64,000 bases of DNA from Eledone cirrhosa. Its lineage: Eukaryota. The notes beneath the pieces were generated by a model, which saw only the letters and a list, made by a program, of their open reading frames with translations, was not told the DNA's origin and ran no database searches. The DNA lies in NCBI GenBank assembly GCA_964016885.1, contig OZ024747.1, forward strand, positions 31,620,001-31,684,000. The letters are read 5' to 3'. Shown one piece after another: positions 39,848 to 55,243 of the stretch. Within the stretch, counting starts at the first letter, position 1. The number at the start of each line of letters is the position of its first letter. A program made the position numbers and the translations under genes.

Positions 39848-41149
39848 ATACCAGTGGAACTTCAGTTCAAAAATACCTCTCATCATGAACAAATCAGTTC
39901 AAGAAAAATTTTTCCAAACAAAATACTTTGAGTAATGAACAATGTTTTGAGTAATGAACACACAAGGTGGCAACAAGGTAGGAGTATCAGCAGGAAAGTG
40001 TCTCTTGCTGTGTAGTTAGTTACTATGGTGATATCTATCTGTCTTTTACACACATTCTCTCTCTCAGTGTATTTCTCTCTGAACATTTCGTATGGGAAAA
40101 TAGTTTTGGTTTACAAACATTTTGGGTGACGAATGGCTTTCAAGAATTAATTAAGTGCATGAATAAGGTTCCACTGTAAATATATATAACACTAAGACAT
40201 CATTTAAGCATAATATGCACATATATATATATATATAATACGTTTATATACAATAGACATGTGGGTAGCCTCACCACCACACAAAATTTGTTTGTAATGA
40301 AACGAAACCCCCCCACACACACACACACACATATATGCGTGTGTGTGTGTATTTCGTTTCATTATAATTGTCTGTGTGTTTTGTTTTCTTTCTGATATTT
40401 TTCACTGAATCTTGATCAACAAATTTTGAAAGATTCTACCATGAATATCTCTTGAGACAATTCTTGGTGGAAGAAACAAAACTTTATTTTTAAGAATTAT
40501 TTGATCAAGATTTCACCCCACCCCCACCCCCAAATTCTGAACTAAAGCCACTGTAAAATGTTTATCTGAAACATATTAGCTTTTAACCTCAGTGTCACAA
40601 CACACTGTACTGATTTGCACCCACCAATATATACAAAAATATACACATACACACTAACACTTGCATACACACACATATACATATACACACTAACACTTGC
40701 ATACACACACATACATAAATACATACATGTAAAGAAGTACACATACAGACAGACACACACATGCACATATATGCACATGCACATAAATACATACACCTAA
40801 ACAAATACACATAGACAGAGATGCACGAATGCACACTTATGCACTTGCACATAATTACACTCAAAAATAAATGATCTCACATACGCATACATCAATGCAC
40901 ATATAAACACATCAAATAAACACACATACTTAAAGAAATACACATACACTCATAGAAATGCACTCATATACATATACAAACAAACACACACACACAAACT
41001 CACACAAAGTCATAAAATATATATTTTTAAATGATAATAAAAATCTTGGTAATAGAAAGATGAATTTCAATCTTTTAAGACTAACTTCTTCATAAATCCT
41101 TTTGCTACTATGTTTCTAATGAAAGATACTGTTTATGGGTTTCAAGTCT

Positions 41150-41580
41150 CTTTTTCTTCTTCGCCCACTTATTCCTGAGGAGCACTTATTCCAGGGAGCA
41201 GAGTCTTCAAACATTCCTTCCAGTGGCTCCTGTCAGAAGCAACCATCCCTAAGCAAGACCAGCTGAACTCATGGTTGCTATCTAACCATCTTGCTTGGGG
41301 TCTACTCCTTGATCTTCCAGTTGGTTTTGCCCATAAAATCTGTCCAGCGATTCTTTCCTGGGACATTCTAACCACATGCATGTAATATCGGAGTAGAGGT
41401 CTCTCAATTTGGAGAAGTAGCAGCTCTACCTTAAGCGACTCTCTGATCTCTGAGTTATGTACTTTATTGAGTAACATTACTTCAAAGACACTTTGAAGAA
41501 CCCCATTTTGGCTGCTTGTATTCATGATCGTTTTTTTTCAGTCATTACCCAAGTTTCATGACCATAGGTAAGGGTTGACA
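41150..41580 (-). mobile_element. decayed RTE LINE 3' fragment
   Basis: NSEIRESLKVE..LRYYMHVVRM..GRSRSRPQARWLD. Confidence 0.75.
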
Positions 41581-41774
41581 TGAATACCAAGTCATTTTGA
41601 AAATAATCAAGAATTTGGAGGGATTTAACAATATAACTATTAACCCTTTTCTTGCCATATTTCTAATTAAAGACTTTTAATGATTTTTAAATTAATGATT
41701 TTTAAATAATTTTGAAAATATTCAAGAATTATTAGGTGTTTAGTCATACAACTAACCTTCTCATTATTATTGGC

Positions 41775-41970
41775 ATGGCGGTGGATTGGCAGTATTGGTA
41801 GAGGGTCTGGCGCCATGCTTTCCAGCAAAGAGTTACGGCCCTTTATGGTCTGAGTTCAAATCCTGCCGAGGTTAACTTTACCTTTCATCCTTACGAGGTT
41901 GATAAAATAAAGTACCAGTAATACACTGGCATAATTGCTGGCCTTGTGCCAAAAGTAGAAACATTTATTA
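41775..41970 (+). mobile_element. full-length SINE family B
   Basis: Family B head, central domain and tail. Confidence 0.88.
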
Positions 41971-44900
41971 ACATTATTGTTACTATATGTTGAAGGAAAG
42001 ACACTAAGATAGTGAAATCATTTTGAAAATAATCAAACATTTTGTGGGACTTTATAATATAACTAACTTTTAAGTTATTAACCCGTTTTGTTACCATATT
42101 TCTAATAAAAGACGTTGCCTTATGATATTAAATAATTTTGAAAATAATCAAGAATTTTGGATAATTTAGCACGCTTGTATCACCTGTCTTAACAAAAGTT
42201 CTTACATAATATTATAATGGAACATTATGGGGGATTTCTAGAATTGTTAGGGCATCAGATGATATGTCCTGCAATATTTGTTTAGTGTCTGTGCATCCTG
42301 AGTAGACTCTTTAATTGGAGGTGTTTAACAACTAACTTTCTCATTGTTAAGTTGGCGTTTTGAACAAATGAATAAATACGTTTACATAAACTTATGATGA
42401 AAGATTTTTAGATAAATAAAAGAGAGGACCTTTCAGCTGAATCAAGAACATAACAATCTCCCTAGTGCTAGTATCATGATAAAATAAAGTTGGTAGATTG
42501 TAGGGTCCTATGGAAGTGAGTGTCAAACTGCCAGTCCATTTGGGAGGTTAGTAACCCCACATGAGCACTGTCCAAACTTTGCTAGAAAGGAAAACAGACT
42601 TTAAATGATGATGATGATATAATAATGGTTTCTGATTTAGGCACAGGCCCAACAATTTGGGGGGGAAGAGGAAAGTCAATTAAATCAACCGCAGTGCATT
42701 ACATATCAACCCCATATGGATGAAAGGCAAAGATTTGAACTCAGAACATAAAGGGACATAACTATATGCCACAAAGCAAGCATGTCTGATGTTCTACCAA
42801 TACTGCCATTCCGCTGCCCTTGATAAAAATGAACACTTTAAAACAACCAGGTTTGTATGCTAGAACAAAAGGTGGCTTCAGTTGGGTTGATATCAAAGGG
42901 ATTAAAATCCTGCCTTCTTTCACTGGAAAGAATAGTGACATGATAAGTCTGAGGTCCCTTTCATTATAATACTTAAGAAAACTTCTTTCCAAACAATCTC
43001 ATAGGATACCATGAAAACCCACACTGGTGTGAACTGTAACAACAAAAAACAAGCAATTCTTTTAAAACATTTTAAGTGAAGAGTTTCTCAATATATTATT
43101 TTTTCATTCTCCACTGATGTTCTTAAAAGGTGAATCACAGTGGAAGAATTTGTCTTACTTGCTCTCTAAGAATGGTTTTGTCATTGTATTTTTTGTGACA
43201 GTGTGTATACATATATGTATGAGTTTATATTAAGTGTATGATTAGCAGCTAAAATGTTATATGTGTATATATACACAAAATCAAGGAAACTGAGTGTATA
43301 AATGTGTATAAAAATTACACATTTTTAGTTGTCATGCTTAAATCTCTATATACTAAAAATGTGGAAATTTATATACAGGGTTATGTTTTTGTGATCCAAA
43401 AGAAAAGTGGCCAGTCCACATTGTACAGTGGTTGTGTTGGTGAGTCGACAACAATCTCCCAGTCCACATTGTACAGTGGTTGTGTTGGCGCCACAATAGC
43501 ACCCAGTCTGCAATGTAAATGTGGTTGTCATTAGGAAGGACATCCAGACATAGAAACCAAGCTAGAAACAGTGAGTGTGTGAGTTGGTTTGGGAATTTGT
43601 CTGTATTTTTAAGTGTGTGTGTTTGTGAAAGTGTGTCCATGTATTTGTATGTGAGTGTGTTTAGGGATGTATGTGTTTGTATGTGAGTGTATGTTAGTGT
43701 TTTTGTGTGTTTATATGTGTTTATGTATGTGTGTGTTTGTATGTATTTGTATGTGTATGTGTGCATGTTTGTGGATGTATGTATTTGTATATGTGTGTGT
43801 TTGTGGATGTATTTACTTGTATGTGAGTGTGTCTGTGTTTGTGTTTGTCGCTGGGGTGATTTCAGTTTATGCTCTGAAACAAACTGAAATACTAACATCA
43901 AACTAGATTATTTTCTATGTTTATGAGTAGACAGCATGTACTGTGTGTGTACGGTGTGCATATTGTGTTTGTGTGTGTGTGTATGGATGTGCAAGGATGT
44001 GGTGATAATTGTGTGTGTGTGTGTGTGCATATATAAAGCCATGTGTTTGTGGATGTACATAGATGTGGTCATAATTGTGTGTTTGCATATATATATGTAT
44101 GTGTGTGTGTTTGTGTCTTGGTAGTGGGTGAGAGGGAAGGAGAGGATGCAAAATAATGGAGGCATTAAATTTAAGCAAAAGTGGCATTATTATATTAGAA
44201 TATGGTTGAATAAATGTTGGTAGATAGGTAGATAGATTGATAGAAATAGAGGTAGAGAAGGAGGATAAAAAAATAGATAGAGAGAAAAAGATAGAGAGAG
44301 AGATAGTGTGAGAGAGAGAATAAATATAGATAGATAGGAAATTGAAGAGAAAGAGTGAGAGAGAGCGAGAGAAGGAGAGAGAAAGAATGAAGAGAAAACA
44401 GAAAAATATTCGAAGAAAATTTGAAAATTAAAGACAGTTAAAAATAATAAGGAAAAAAAGAACAAAAGAAAATGAAGGATAAAGAAAAAAAGATGAAAGA
44501 GAAAATGAAAGGAAAACAAGAAGTAAAGGAAATTAAGATGTTTCTCTTAGAATAAAATTGCGAAAATTCATTGGAGCATCAACCTACATCCAAACCGATT
44601 CTTACTGACTGACTGATTTTGGAAATTGGAATTAAAAATAAATGAATAAGAACAGGAAGGAATATTAGGATGCAGGGGGGAAAATTTCCAATCAAGAGGT
44701 CTATCTAAATATAAACATAATTTCAAGTAGAATTTTGAGAGTATTTCAGATAAAGAAAGGTTTGCAAATGAGCACACTTCTTCTCCTTGGTTGTCACTTC
44801 GGAGTCAAGGATGACATTTTTGGTGGGGTTTGTTATAATGCATGATGACTGACTGTGGATGAGATGAATTTCCCAATGTTTCTAACATTCACTCTTGTCA

Positions 44901-45554
44901 ATAGCCACAACCAGATTATATAGCTAAAACAACATTAAGCTGAATGAAGATAAATTTGTAGTGAAAAATTTTTAATAGTTAGGATCCACTTTGACCAAGG
45001 ATGGCAGCTCAATGAAGAAGATTAAAGAGGCAAGACTTATACTGGCCTCATTCAGTACCATATTTGCCAGTGTATTGGACATTTCTTTTTTCCAATAAAA
45101 CAAACATAAAACATCTTCCCTGATCCAATATGACCATATCCCTGACAGGAGGCTGAATGGGGCATGAAGACAATCATGTTTAAAAAAATTTAGTTTGTAT
45201 TACTATTAGTATTACTAATACAGAATACAATTTATAAAAGCAAAATTGATGTCAAAAAAACAATGAAATGATTTTTAATAAAAATGCCCTTGCAAAACCA
45301 GGATGCATCTTATAACATTTGCTGGGCTTGTGCCTAAAACAGAAACCCTTATTGTTGCAAATAAGGAATCCTGCTTCTCAGCATATGCCCTTGGACAAAG
45401 CAGTGTCCAAGGGCATGTCATTGAAGACAATGCTTTAATATGGTTGTAATCCAATGAATTAAACCACTAAAAGACTATTAATTATGATGTTGAAAATAAT
45501 CTAGAATTTGAATGGATTTAGTTATACAACTTTCTCAGCATATAGATACATCCC

Positions 45555-45890
45555 TTTATGCTCTGAGTTCAAATCCTGCCATGGTTAACTTTGCCTTTCA
45601 TCTGTACAGGATTAGATAAAATAAAGTACCAGTAACACACTGGCTTTGATTTAATTGACTTTCTGCTCCCCAAAATTGTTAGCCCTGTGTCTAAATCAGA
45701 AACCATTATTAAGTATCGGTAGAGGGTCGGACGCCATGCTTTCCAGCATAGTTACGTCCCTTTACGATCTGAGTTCAAATCCCGCCGAGGTTGACTTTGC
45801 CTTTCATCCTTACGGGGTCGATAAAATAAAGTACCAGTAATGTACTGGATAATTGTTGGCCTTGTGCCTAAAGTAGAAACAATTATTAAG
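45555..45890 (+). mobile_element. two tandem SINE B copies (older plus younger)
   Basis: Central domain present at 45565-45640 and 45770-45845. Confidence 0.8.
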
Positions 45891-46469
45891 TTAGTATTTG
45901 GAACATAACTTAAAGGTTTTTACATCAAATTACAAGAAGAATTTTAGTCAAATATGAACAGTTTAAAATATACAGTTGTGTATCATAGACACAGAACTAG
46001 TTTCAAGGGCTTTGGCATCAACACATTTAATACTGGTCCATTATTTTGTTAAGTAGCAATAGTTTATATTTTTGCTAGATTTATTTTCTCTTTTTTGTAT
46101 GATTAAATGTTTATTTATAATAAATTGTTACTCACAAATATTTGCTACCTATTTTATTTGACAAAGCTGCCTATACAAAAACAAAACACATTAGTAAAGG
46201 GAACAAAAAATAGGAAATGAAAAGAAAAGGAAAAAAAAAACATAAGCAATGAAAGAAAGGAAGAGGAGTGAAGGACAGATGAGGTTTCAGCTGTACCCCG
46301 AGGACAAAATGGTAAAGGCATTACTGCAGAGATTGGCAATAGTTATATTGTGTTAGTTATTTAAACTAGTTGCTTTACATGTTGTTTTTATATAGAAAGA
46401 TAATGGTGCTTGCATGAGTAACAGAGCACACAAGCCGAGAGAGAAAATTTCAAGCATCAAAGGAATAAG

Positions 46470-46640
46470 CCATTGTGTGTACAAGCGAAGACAGTGATAA
46501 TATTGGATATGTGATGGTGCATTTTAAGGCTGGCAGTTTGGTGAAGGACTGCCAAGTGATCCAAGCGGAAGCTGCCTGTGGAAATGGAAGATTGAACAAG
46601 ATATGGAAAGAATTAGTGCAGGATGATCTCAAAAGGCTGT
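46470..46640 (+). mobile_element. decayed RTE 3' fragment followed by (ACT/ACC)n to 46820
   Basis: GYVMV..VKDCQ..GRLNKIWKELVQDDLK. Confidence 0.6.
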
Positions 46641-47854
46641 ACTTCTACTACTACTACTACTACCTCTACCATCACTCCATCTACTACTACTATTACCACC
46701 CCCACCACTACTACTACCTCCACCATCACTCCATCTACTAGTACTACTACCACCACCACCACTACTACTTCCTATACTACTACTATTACCATCACCGTCA
46801 CAACTACTACTACTACTAACAACAAAAACAACTGACACTCATTTTATCAAATGTACTTAAAACAATGAAAGGCCATACAAATTTTAAAAGGCTGCCCTAT
46901 TGTAACCATGATCCTGTATGGCCTTGTGGTAAAACAAATTAGAGAATATGTCAACAGCCACTTCTTATGTTAATGTATCATCACATCATCATCATTGTTA
47001 TCACAATTTTACATCTTTTTTTTTTTTTATACAAGGTGTTTGAAAATAATTGATACAATTTGAGATATAAATATCCCAGAAACTACAAAGTCAATCTATA
47101 ACAACAAGGCTGAGTAGGCTTAATGCTGGGCAGCATAAGATTTATTAGTCAAAATTTATCAAAATGATAACACAAATACATAATATATATTTTAATGTGA
47201 CAACCTGGGGAACATCTCAAATGATGTCAAATCATTTGCAACACCCTGCATATGTATGTATGTGTATATACATATATGAAAAATTCAAGCGCCAATGGCT
47301 AAGCTGCGGCCATTTCAACAGCTAGATCCAAACATATTACCCACTGTACTACCTCAAGTATCGAGTACTCTGGTGAGTAATGGTCTAACTGGTTTTTACC
47401 ACCTCCATTCTAATATATATACACCATGGTTATCAACTCACTGTTAAATATAATCAACTCATGCAACCCTGACTCATTTCTTTTAAGGAGCAGGTGACTC
47501 TCAAGCATGGCCTTTCAAGATGAAGAAGATATACACCATGATGTTAAGAACAGGATATGCACTTCATACCACTGACAGAATTATAAAGAAACATCGACAT
47601 GGGTAAAACCAGAGAACAATACAATATAATGATCATATATATTAATGTAAGACTTCACATTTTGGGTGCTAGCCATTCATGGAAAGATGGAATGAGAGGG
47701 GAGAAGAAATAGGAAGATAGACAAAAGTGAGAAAGTAAATGTGGAAAAAATGAGTGAGGAGGATAACATGTGTGGTTAGTCTGTCATATATATATATATC
47801 ATTTCATTTTTTTTTAAAATGATTTATACATATATATATATAAATATATATATA

Positions 47855-48137
47855 TCATCATCATCATCATTTTACGTCCGCTTTTCCCTGCTTGCAAGGG
47901 TGGGACGGGAACTGATTCTGGCTTGATTTCTACAGCTGGATGCCCTTCCTAACACCAACCTCATTTACAGTGTCGGCTGGGTGCTTTTTTGCCGTGGCAC
48001 CTCCATGACCACTTTACAGTGGAATGATATGGACCCCAGTCCTATCATCTCATTTCTACAGCTGAGTAAACTGGAGCAATGTGAAATAAAGTGTCTTGCT
48101 CAAGGAAACAGCACATCACCCGGTCTAAGAATTGAAC
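47855..48137 (-). mobile_element. SINE family A, head truncated
   Basis: Matches 56055-56340. Confidence 0.85.
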
Positions 48138-48782
48138 TATATGTATGTATATATATATATATATGTATACATATATACATACACACACACACACATATAT
48201 ATATATATGTATACATATATATATATACACACATACATATATGCATGACACTTTTCCTCCTATATCAATTGTTAAACTAATATATATTACCATTGTAATG
48301 CAGTGTTCTCTTGTGTTCTTTTTATTTATTGATCTCTTGCAATCATATATATATATGCATATATGTGTGTATATATATATATGTGTGTGTGTATATATAT
48401 ATAAATATGTTGATTTGGGATTCACAGAAACCAATCGAGGATATTGTATAATATTCTTCGATATGGTCCAGGTTTGTTATTTAATCTGAGTATATTATCG
48501 TTGTTGGGGTGGTTTCTGTGGCTTTGTCTCCTCAACCACAGTTTTCAATTTGTCACGCTATTTAATGTATCCTTATTACTCTAAGATGTAACTTATCGAT
48601 TTATCGATATCTTCTCACTGAGTGCTTTGTGCAAAACTCCAAATATTGTTTCTTCCGTGGATACTGGCCGACCACCGCAACTTTGATTTTACTAACTTCC
48701 ACTCTTATATATATATATATATAATATATATATATATATATAATATATATATATATATATAATATATAATATATATATATAT

Positions 48783-49092
48783 CCGAGACCTTTGGTGTTA
48801 CGCAGTAATACAGAAATCCCGACTTCCCATGGGTACAAGCTGAAGCTGAATCATATAGACAATATGCCCGATCCTACTGCAAAGTGGTCCTGGCGGTGTC
48901 CTGACAAAAAAACACCCAGTCCACGCTGTAAAGTGGTTGTGTAGGCACCATGGTAAAAAAAAGCACCCAGTACTCACTAAATTAGGTTGGTGTTAGGAAG
49001 GGCATCCAGCTGTAGAAAGCAAGCCAAAATCAGTTCCCTTATGAGTAATACATGGTCACCCGACCTGGCATTGCCCACAACAGGACAACCCA
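48783..49092 (+). mobile_element. 3' end of RTE family 3
   Basis: Homologous to 60757-61022 (cgcagtaatacagaa..gacttcccatg.gtacaagctgaagctgaa). Confidence 0.75.
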
Positions 49093-51028
49093 AGATGCAT
49101 ACTGGCTTATACATACAAATGCATGTATGTACAAATACTACAGAAAACTTGAGATCTGAAGAACAGAGAAAAAGAAAACCACAGGAGATAACTAACTACT
49201 GCAAAGCATGTATATTGCCTGAACTTCATTGTTGTATCAAATTGTAATACTACACAGCTGCACCAGAACTGAGCAATTCACTATAAGTTACTAACTATAT
49301 CTTCATACTTCACTAAAATATTTTAAAAAATGATAGAAATTAAAAAAAGAACTATATTACAACAAAAAATATATATCAATTAAAGACAAGTCTTGTTTAG
49401 TGCTATGTCCAAAAAACAAAAAAAAAACACAAAAAAACGAATTTAAAGCTGAATAGAAACAGACAAGTATTAACTGATGGAGTTTGATAATTTCCATCAA
49501 ATGAAAATTTAATTACTTAATGTACTGATAATGGATGCAAAATCTATGACCTTATCTGAGAATGTTAACATTGTACTCATGTAAGTGTGTGTTTAGTACT
49601 AAATCATGTGTATGTTTAGTCCTAAAATATGTGTGTTTAGTAGTAAAATAAACAGAATGTTCTTAGAAAAAATTATATTGTATATATTTCCATGGTTATT
49701 TGGCTGTTATGGAGAAGATGTTATTACCATGATCATCTCAACACTTGAGAGCTCAATATTTCACATACTGTCATTGTATTTCCCGACCAATACACTTTAC
49801 TCTGATATAGCTCAAGCTATCTGGCAGTCAATAGGTATATTAACAAGCAAAGTTGACCATGACAAGATTTATATTCAGAATGCAACTAAATACAACAAAC
49901 CCTTTTCTCTGATGTTCTACAAATTCTGCTAATACACTAACCACAAAACATTTTCTCTGATGCTCTACCATCATGTGCAACCCTCGACTTGGCTGGTTGG
50001 GAGATGTCACATGACTCCCAACATTAATTTCATGAGTAGGCTGATCCATTGTTTGTACAGCAGAAACCCTCATTCTTAGAACCATTGGATGCCAAACGAC
50101 ACAGAACTACATTATTTGACGGCTTCTCTCTTTATATAAATAAGCATGGTGTGAGGGATCTAAGAGAGATTTGGCAAATATTTTTAGCAGATCGATGAGG
50201 CGCTCCTGTTGGCTGTTATTTTCTTAATGTATTTTTTTGATCACAGTGGTGATAATGAGGAAGATGATGATGAAGATAATATCAGTAGTAAATTAAGATG
50301 AAGATCTGTTCACTATAATGGCTGTCAAACTCTCGAAAGAATCCATGAAAAGTGGTCAAACTATCATTGATTGTTGATAAAATTCCTTATTAATAGGACA
50401 AGAGGAAGGAACACTACTGGTGGTTTGTGTGTAATAGTAGGTAGTCAGTTTGAAGATGATGTTGTGGATCGTGGTGGTGATGAAGTTCACGATAGTGGTA
50501 GTAGTGGGGATGGTAAAAGTAGTTCAAATGGTAATGGTTATAGTTATTGTTGCTGTGGCTATGATGATGCTGGCAATGATGATGATGATCAAGATGATAG
50601 CAGCAGTGGTGGTTGTTAGATAATATTGATAAATTTTGTGATAGAGAGATGTGGTGGTAGGATTGTGCAGGGTGGTGCTAGAAGTGATGATGATGATAGC
50701 AATGGTGCTTGGTAGATAATATTGGTAGAGGTGGTGATAGAGAGGGGTGGTTCAGGAGTGTGCAGGTTTGCTGTTTTCATAGAAACCTATAATACTTGAA
50801 ACATTGGTTCAGTTATCTTTCGAAGCACTCAAATGCACCACTGAGTCATAAATCTTTAGGGAGAAGAAATCAATATTTTCTTCATTTTTTTTTAATTTAT
50901 ATTTAATTAATTTACTTTATTTATTTATCAATTTACTTAGATTTTTATTTATTCATCTACATACTAGCTAAGAAATACATGCATGTATAGACAGACACAC
51001 ACACATGAACAAACATATACATGTAGAC

Positions 51029-51090
<62 letters not shown>

Positions 51091-51273
51091 ATGTATGTGT
51101 ATATAGGCATGTTCATATGAGGATGAAATTATATATATATATAATGCATGTCTATATATATATGTACTAAACTTTAAGAAACCAACATCTATTGATGTCT
51201 GTTATTGAATAAAGTATATTTTCTGCACACACACAAACACACACATGCTCACACATACGTATATATATATATA

Positions 51274-51445
51274 TCATCATCATCATCATCATCAACGTTT
51301 AACGTCCGTGTTCCACGCTTGCATGGGTTTGGACGGGGGTAGTCCCACTTGAGGCAAGAGTGATTGTCTTGCTCGCATAGGACTGTCTGGCAGGTTTTCT
51401 ACAGTTGGATGCCCTTCCTAACACCAACCACATTTACAGTGTGGG
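51274..51445 (-). mobile_element. 3' tail of RTE family 2
   Basis: Near-identical reverse complement of 30655-30823. Confidence 0.88.
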
Positions 51446-52294
51446 GGTGTATATATATATATATATATATATTTCATTCTTTTCTCACTCAAGTTTTATA
51501 TGTCTAGAGATTTTTATTACTTTCTTGAAAACAACCCATATATTCTTCCATTTATCAGCATTGCAGACATTTTGTTTATAAATGGTTCCACCAATGTTGG
51601 TTGGTAGAGGAGACTTATATAATCTAGTAGCTCATTGTGGCACACTAAATATTTCATCACAAATTGAGAGCAAACCGGATTGATTTTTATTTCCTTTCCT
51701 TTTATATATGTTTAATCATGAAGGAAAGGACAGACAGCATCTCCAACACTTTTGCAACCCTTCAATAATAGTTAAGAAGGTATTCTCAAACAAAAAATTT
51801 GGCCTAAATGCTTGCAATGGTATGAAGTATACTAATGGTCCTCAATGGTTGGGTGATGGTAATGGTGATATTAACTCTTAACATCCCTGTAAAGTTTTAG
51901 CAGCAAATATCTAAAAACTTGTTTGTTATTCAAATGGTTATAGTATATTTACTAGTGGACAGATCTTTGTGAAAATTCCCAGTAAACTAAATACTTTAAT
52001 TTTTAATGTGATATAGTTATACTGCTGCTTTGTACTTTTCAAGAATGTCTTGTGGTTTCATGTGTTTTGTTAATTCAAATGTTTACAGTATATTTATGAG
52101 TGACACATCACTGTGAAAATTTACAGTAAACTAAATCAAAGACTTTAAATTTTGATGTGATGCAATCATAGTGATTTTTGTACTTTTCAGGAATGTTTTG
52201 TGAACTGAGGCTGTTAATGTTTGATTACATGAGATGGAAAGGTTTTATCACGTCACCACAAAGAAGTGAATGAACTTAGAAGATGTAGAAGCAG

Positions 52295-52352
<58 letters not shown>

Positions 52353-52580
52353 AACAAACAAATACATAGTTTCAATAAAGTTTAAGAGCAACAAAAAATA
52401 AATAGTTCTGAACTAGTTTCTGCTATTAATTTTTTGATGAAGGATTTTATTGTTATCATCATATTTTTAATATTTACTGTCCAATTCTCATTATGGTAGG
52501 CTTCAATCAATACACTATTTTCTATAATTAAAAATGTATTGTGAAAGCTAGTAAAATAGAAATAGGTAATATAATGGTGG

Positions 52581-52584
<4 letters not shown>

Positions 52585-52659
<75 letters not shown>
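52585..52659. repeat. (AG)n microsatellite
   Basis: Directly visible. Confidence 0.95.
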
Positions 52660-52661
<2 letters not shown>

Positions 52662-53224
52662 CAATCTAAGTCTAGAGTAACACCAACAACAACCATTTCT
52701 TTATTTATAATGAGTCATATAATGGTATATAATTCCAAATTTGATTGGGATGGCGAACAGAAAATTCCTTGCATTCACACACATAGGGTTATTTTGCAAC
52801 TTAACTGAAATCATTCCAACTGGGAGCTAAAAGCAGGGCAATGACTTGGTTTCTTTGACAACCTACTCTAACTTCATACTCCTGTACACCCACACAACAT
52901 TACCAGCACCACATTCCTAATTACCAAAATAAGTACAATATTCAGTTATAGGAAAGGGGAGTGTTGTTTTTTGATGTAATCTATAGCAGAGTAGATACTG
53001 AATGGTGTACTGGCTACTTGAGTGCATAATTATCAGAGAAGTGATGGAGTGAAGTATCATCTGTGTATATATATATATTCAGGAAGTTGAATCTCACAAA
53101 TGAGATGATGAAAGTATGCAATAGATAAAGGAAAGGTTTATTGGAAAAGATTCGCCCGATCCATGATGATATGAAAAAACGGATATAAAACTGATGATAT
53201 GGATCATAATGATAATGATGTATA

Positions 53225-53300
<76 letters not shown>

Positions 53301-53841
53301 AGCAAAAAGCAAACAGAAGTAACAGGGCATATGACATACTATAATGAAGAAATATAATATTAGTTTTACGCTTGTTATAGTAGGAATTTCATACTATATC
53401 AAGTGAAAAACTAACAATATATTTCTTCATTGTAGTGTGCCATTGGCTTTGTTATTTCTGTTTGCCTTTTACATACATATACATATATATAAATATATAT
53501 ATATATCATTCATCATCATTATCATTTTATGTCCGCTTTTCTCTGTTTATATATATATCCAGCTGTAGGGCATCCAGCTGTAGAAATTAAGCCAGAATCA
53601 GTTCCCGTCCCACCCTTGCAAGCAGGGAAAAAGCGTACGTAAAATTAAATGATGAAAAAATGATATATATATATGTATATACATACATATATATATATAT
53701 ATACACTTACGTGGACCCTTAAATTTGTCAGATTCCTACATTGGATTTTTACTCTGGAAATGGATTTTTACTCAGAATCTAGTTAAACTTCCACTTGGAT
53801 ATTTTTTGGATCACTGGATTTTCTGATAGTTTTTACATACA

Positions 53842-53883
<42 letters not shown>

Positions 53884-53886
<3 letters not shown>

Positions 53887-55225
53887 CCGGACTTCCACAC
53901 GGTAACATACTGCGAGGATGGTCTGACCTTATCGAGCCATAAAAGGTGTCACGACCTCGACCGGTTTAAAAAAGACTTAACTTCTACCTTCAATGAGTTA
54001 GGACTGAGGATAATGGTAGCTACCAACCTCTCTAGCGTAGATTTCTTAGACATTAATTTAGACCTTTGCACACACACCCACAGACCCTTCCATAAGCTTA
54101 ACGAAAAACTCAATTACATTCACAAGGACTCATGCCACCCTCTACTGTTTTTAGAAACTTCATTAATAATATCAGTACCAGAATCTCTAACCTCTCCTCT
54201 AATAAGGCTATCTTTGACAGAGCGGCACCCTACTTTAACACGGCGTTAGCTAACAGCGGCTTCTCGCAACCTATCACTTACTCTCCCACTAACAACAACA
54301 ACAATAAGAAAAGAAAGCGTGACAATAGACCAACTATCTGGTTCTCTCCTCCCTTCTCACTCAACGTTAAAACTAATGTAGGAAAAAAATGTTTAGCCCT
54401 CTTAGATAGACACTTTCCCATATTTCACAAATACCGCTCCATCTTTAACAGACACAAAGTAAAACTAGGATACTCCTGCGCTATGAATATGAAGGCCCAC
54501 ATCACCAACAGCCCTAAGAGCAACACCCAACCGGAGTGTTCTTGCCGAAAGCCTGAAGCTTGTCCCCTTCAACAGCAATGCAACACACCCGCTGTAGTTT
54601 ATGAAGCTGTTGTCACTTCCAACCAACCAAATCAACCACAGGAGGTCAAATCCTATGTGGGTATGGCGGAGGACTGATTTAAGGAATGCTTCCTGAACCA
54701 TCAGTCGACCTTTTCGTACACGGACAAACGATCATCCACGAAACTCGCGAGCCACTTATGGTCCCTCAAGGACTCAAGTATAGACTACTCCATTCAATGG
54801 AAAGCCATCACTAAGTCCAAGCCATACACATGGGACAATCTGTCTTGTGGACTATATATTTATGAATGGATAAATATTCTAAAGCGATTACACAATAGCG
54901 ATTGCCTAAATCAAGCAATTAATTCTTCGCACGTTGTCCACATGTCTGGAAACACCTCTTACATAACTACAAAGCTCCGGATTGAATAACAACAACATCC
55001 TAATTTTCTTATCAACTAGAACCTTTCGGACTTTCGCAGTTATCTCCCTTACACCTCTCGCACACAGTTTTGTATTGCCTGGGTGAAGTGACCGTTTCTG
55101 CACATGCGCGTTCATATGGTTGTCCTTCCTGTTCTGTATAACCATGTCCATTATGAGCTGAGGATCTGCTAATGTGAAACAATTGTTCTTGGTATGGTGA
55201 ACTAACTGTTGTGTTACCACTTCTA
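53884..55225 (+). mobile_element. 5'-truncated Naiad-type PLE (RT C-half, linker, GIY-YIG)
   Basis: YCEDGL (decayed YRDDGL), VDFLDINLDL, WFSPPFSLNVKTNVGK, CSCRKPEACPLQQQC, VVYEA..YVGM. (TA)n flanks. Confidence 0.9.
55155..55190 (+). ncRNA. minimal hammerhead motif, stem II damaged
   Basis: gag CTGAGGA TctgctaatgT GAAAC AATT GTT ctt. Confidence 0.55.
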
Positions 55226-55243
55226 TATATGTATATATATATA

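Noticed and set aside
46623-46835. Thr-rich mucin-like ORF
   Set aside because: (ACT/ACC)n trinucleotide repeat following an RTE fragment.
54660-54700. In-frame TGA in the Naiad endonuclease as selenocysteine
   Set aside because: Not at a conserved Cys, the Cys motifs use TGY, the copy has other lesions, and no canonical SECIS is seen.
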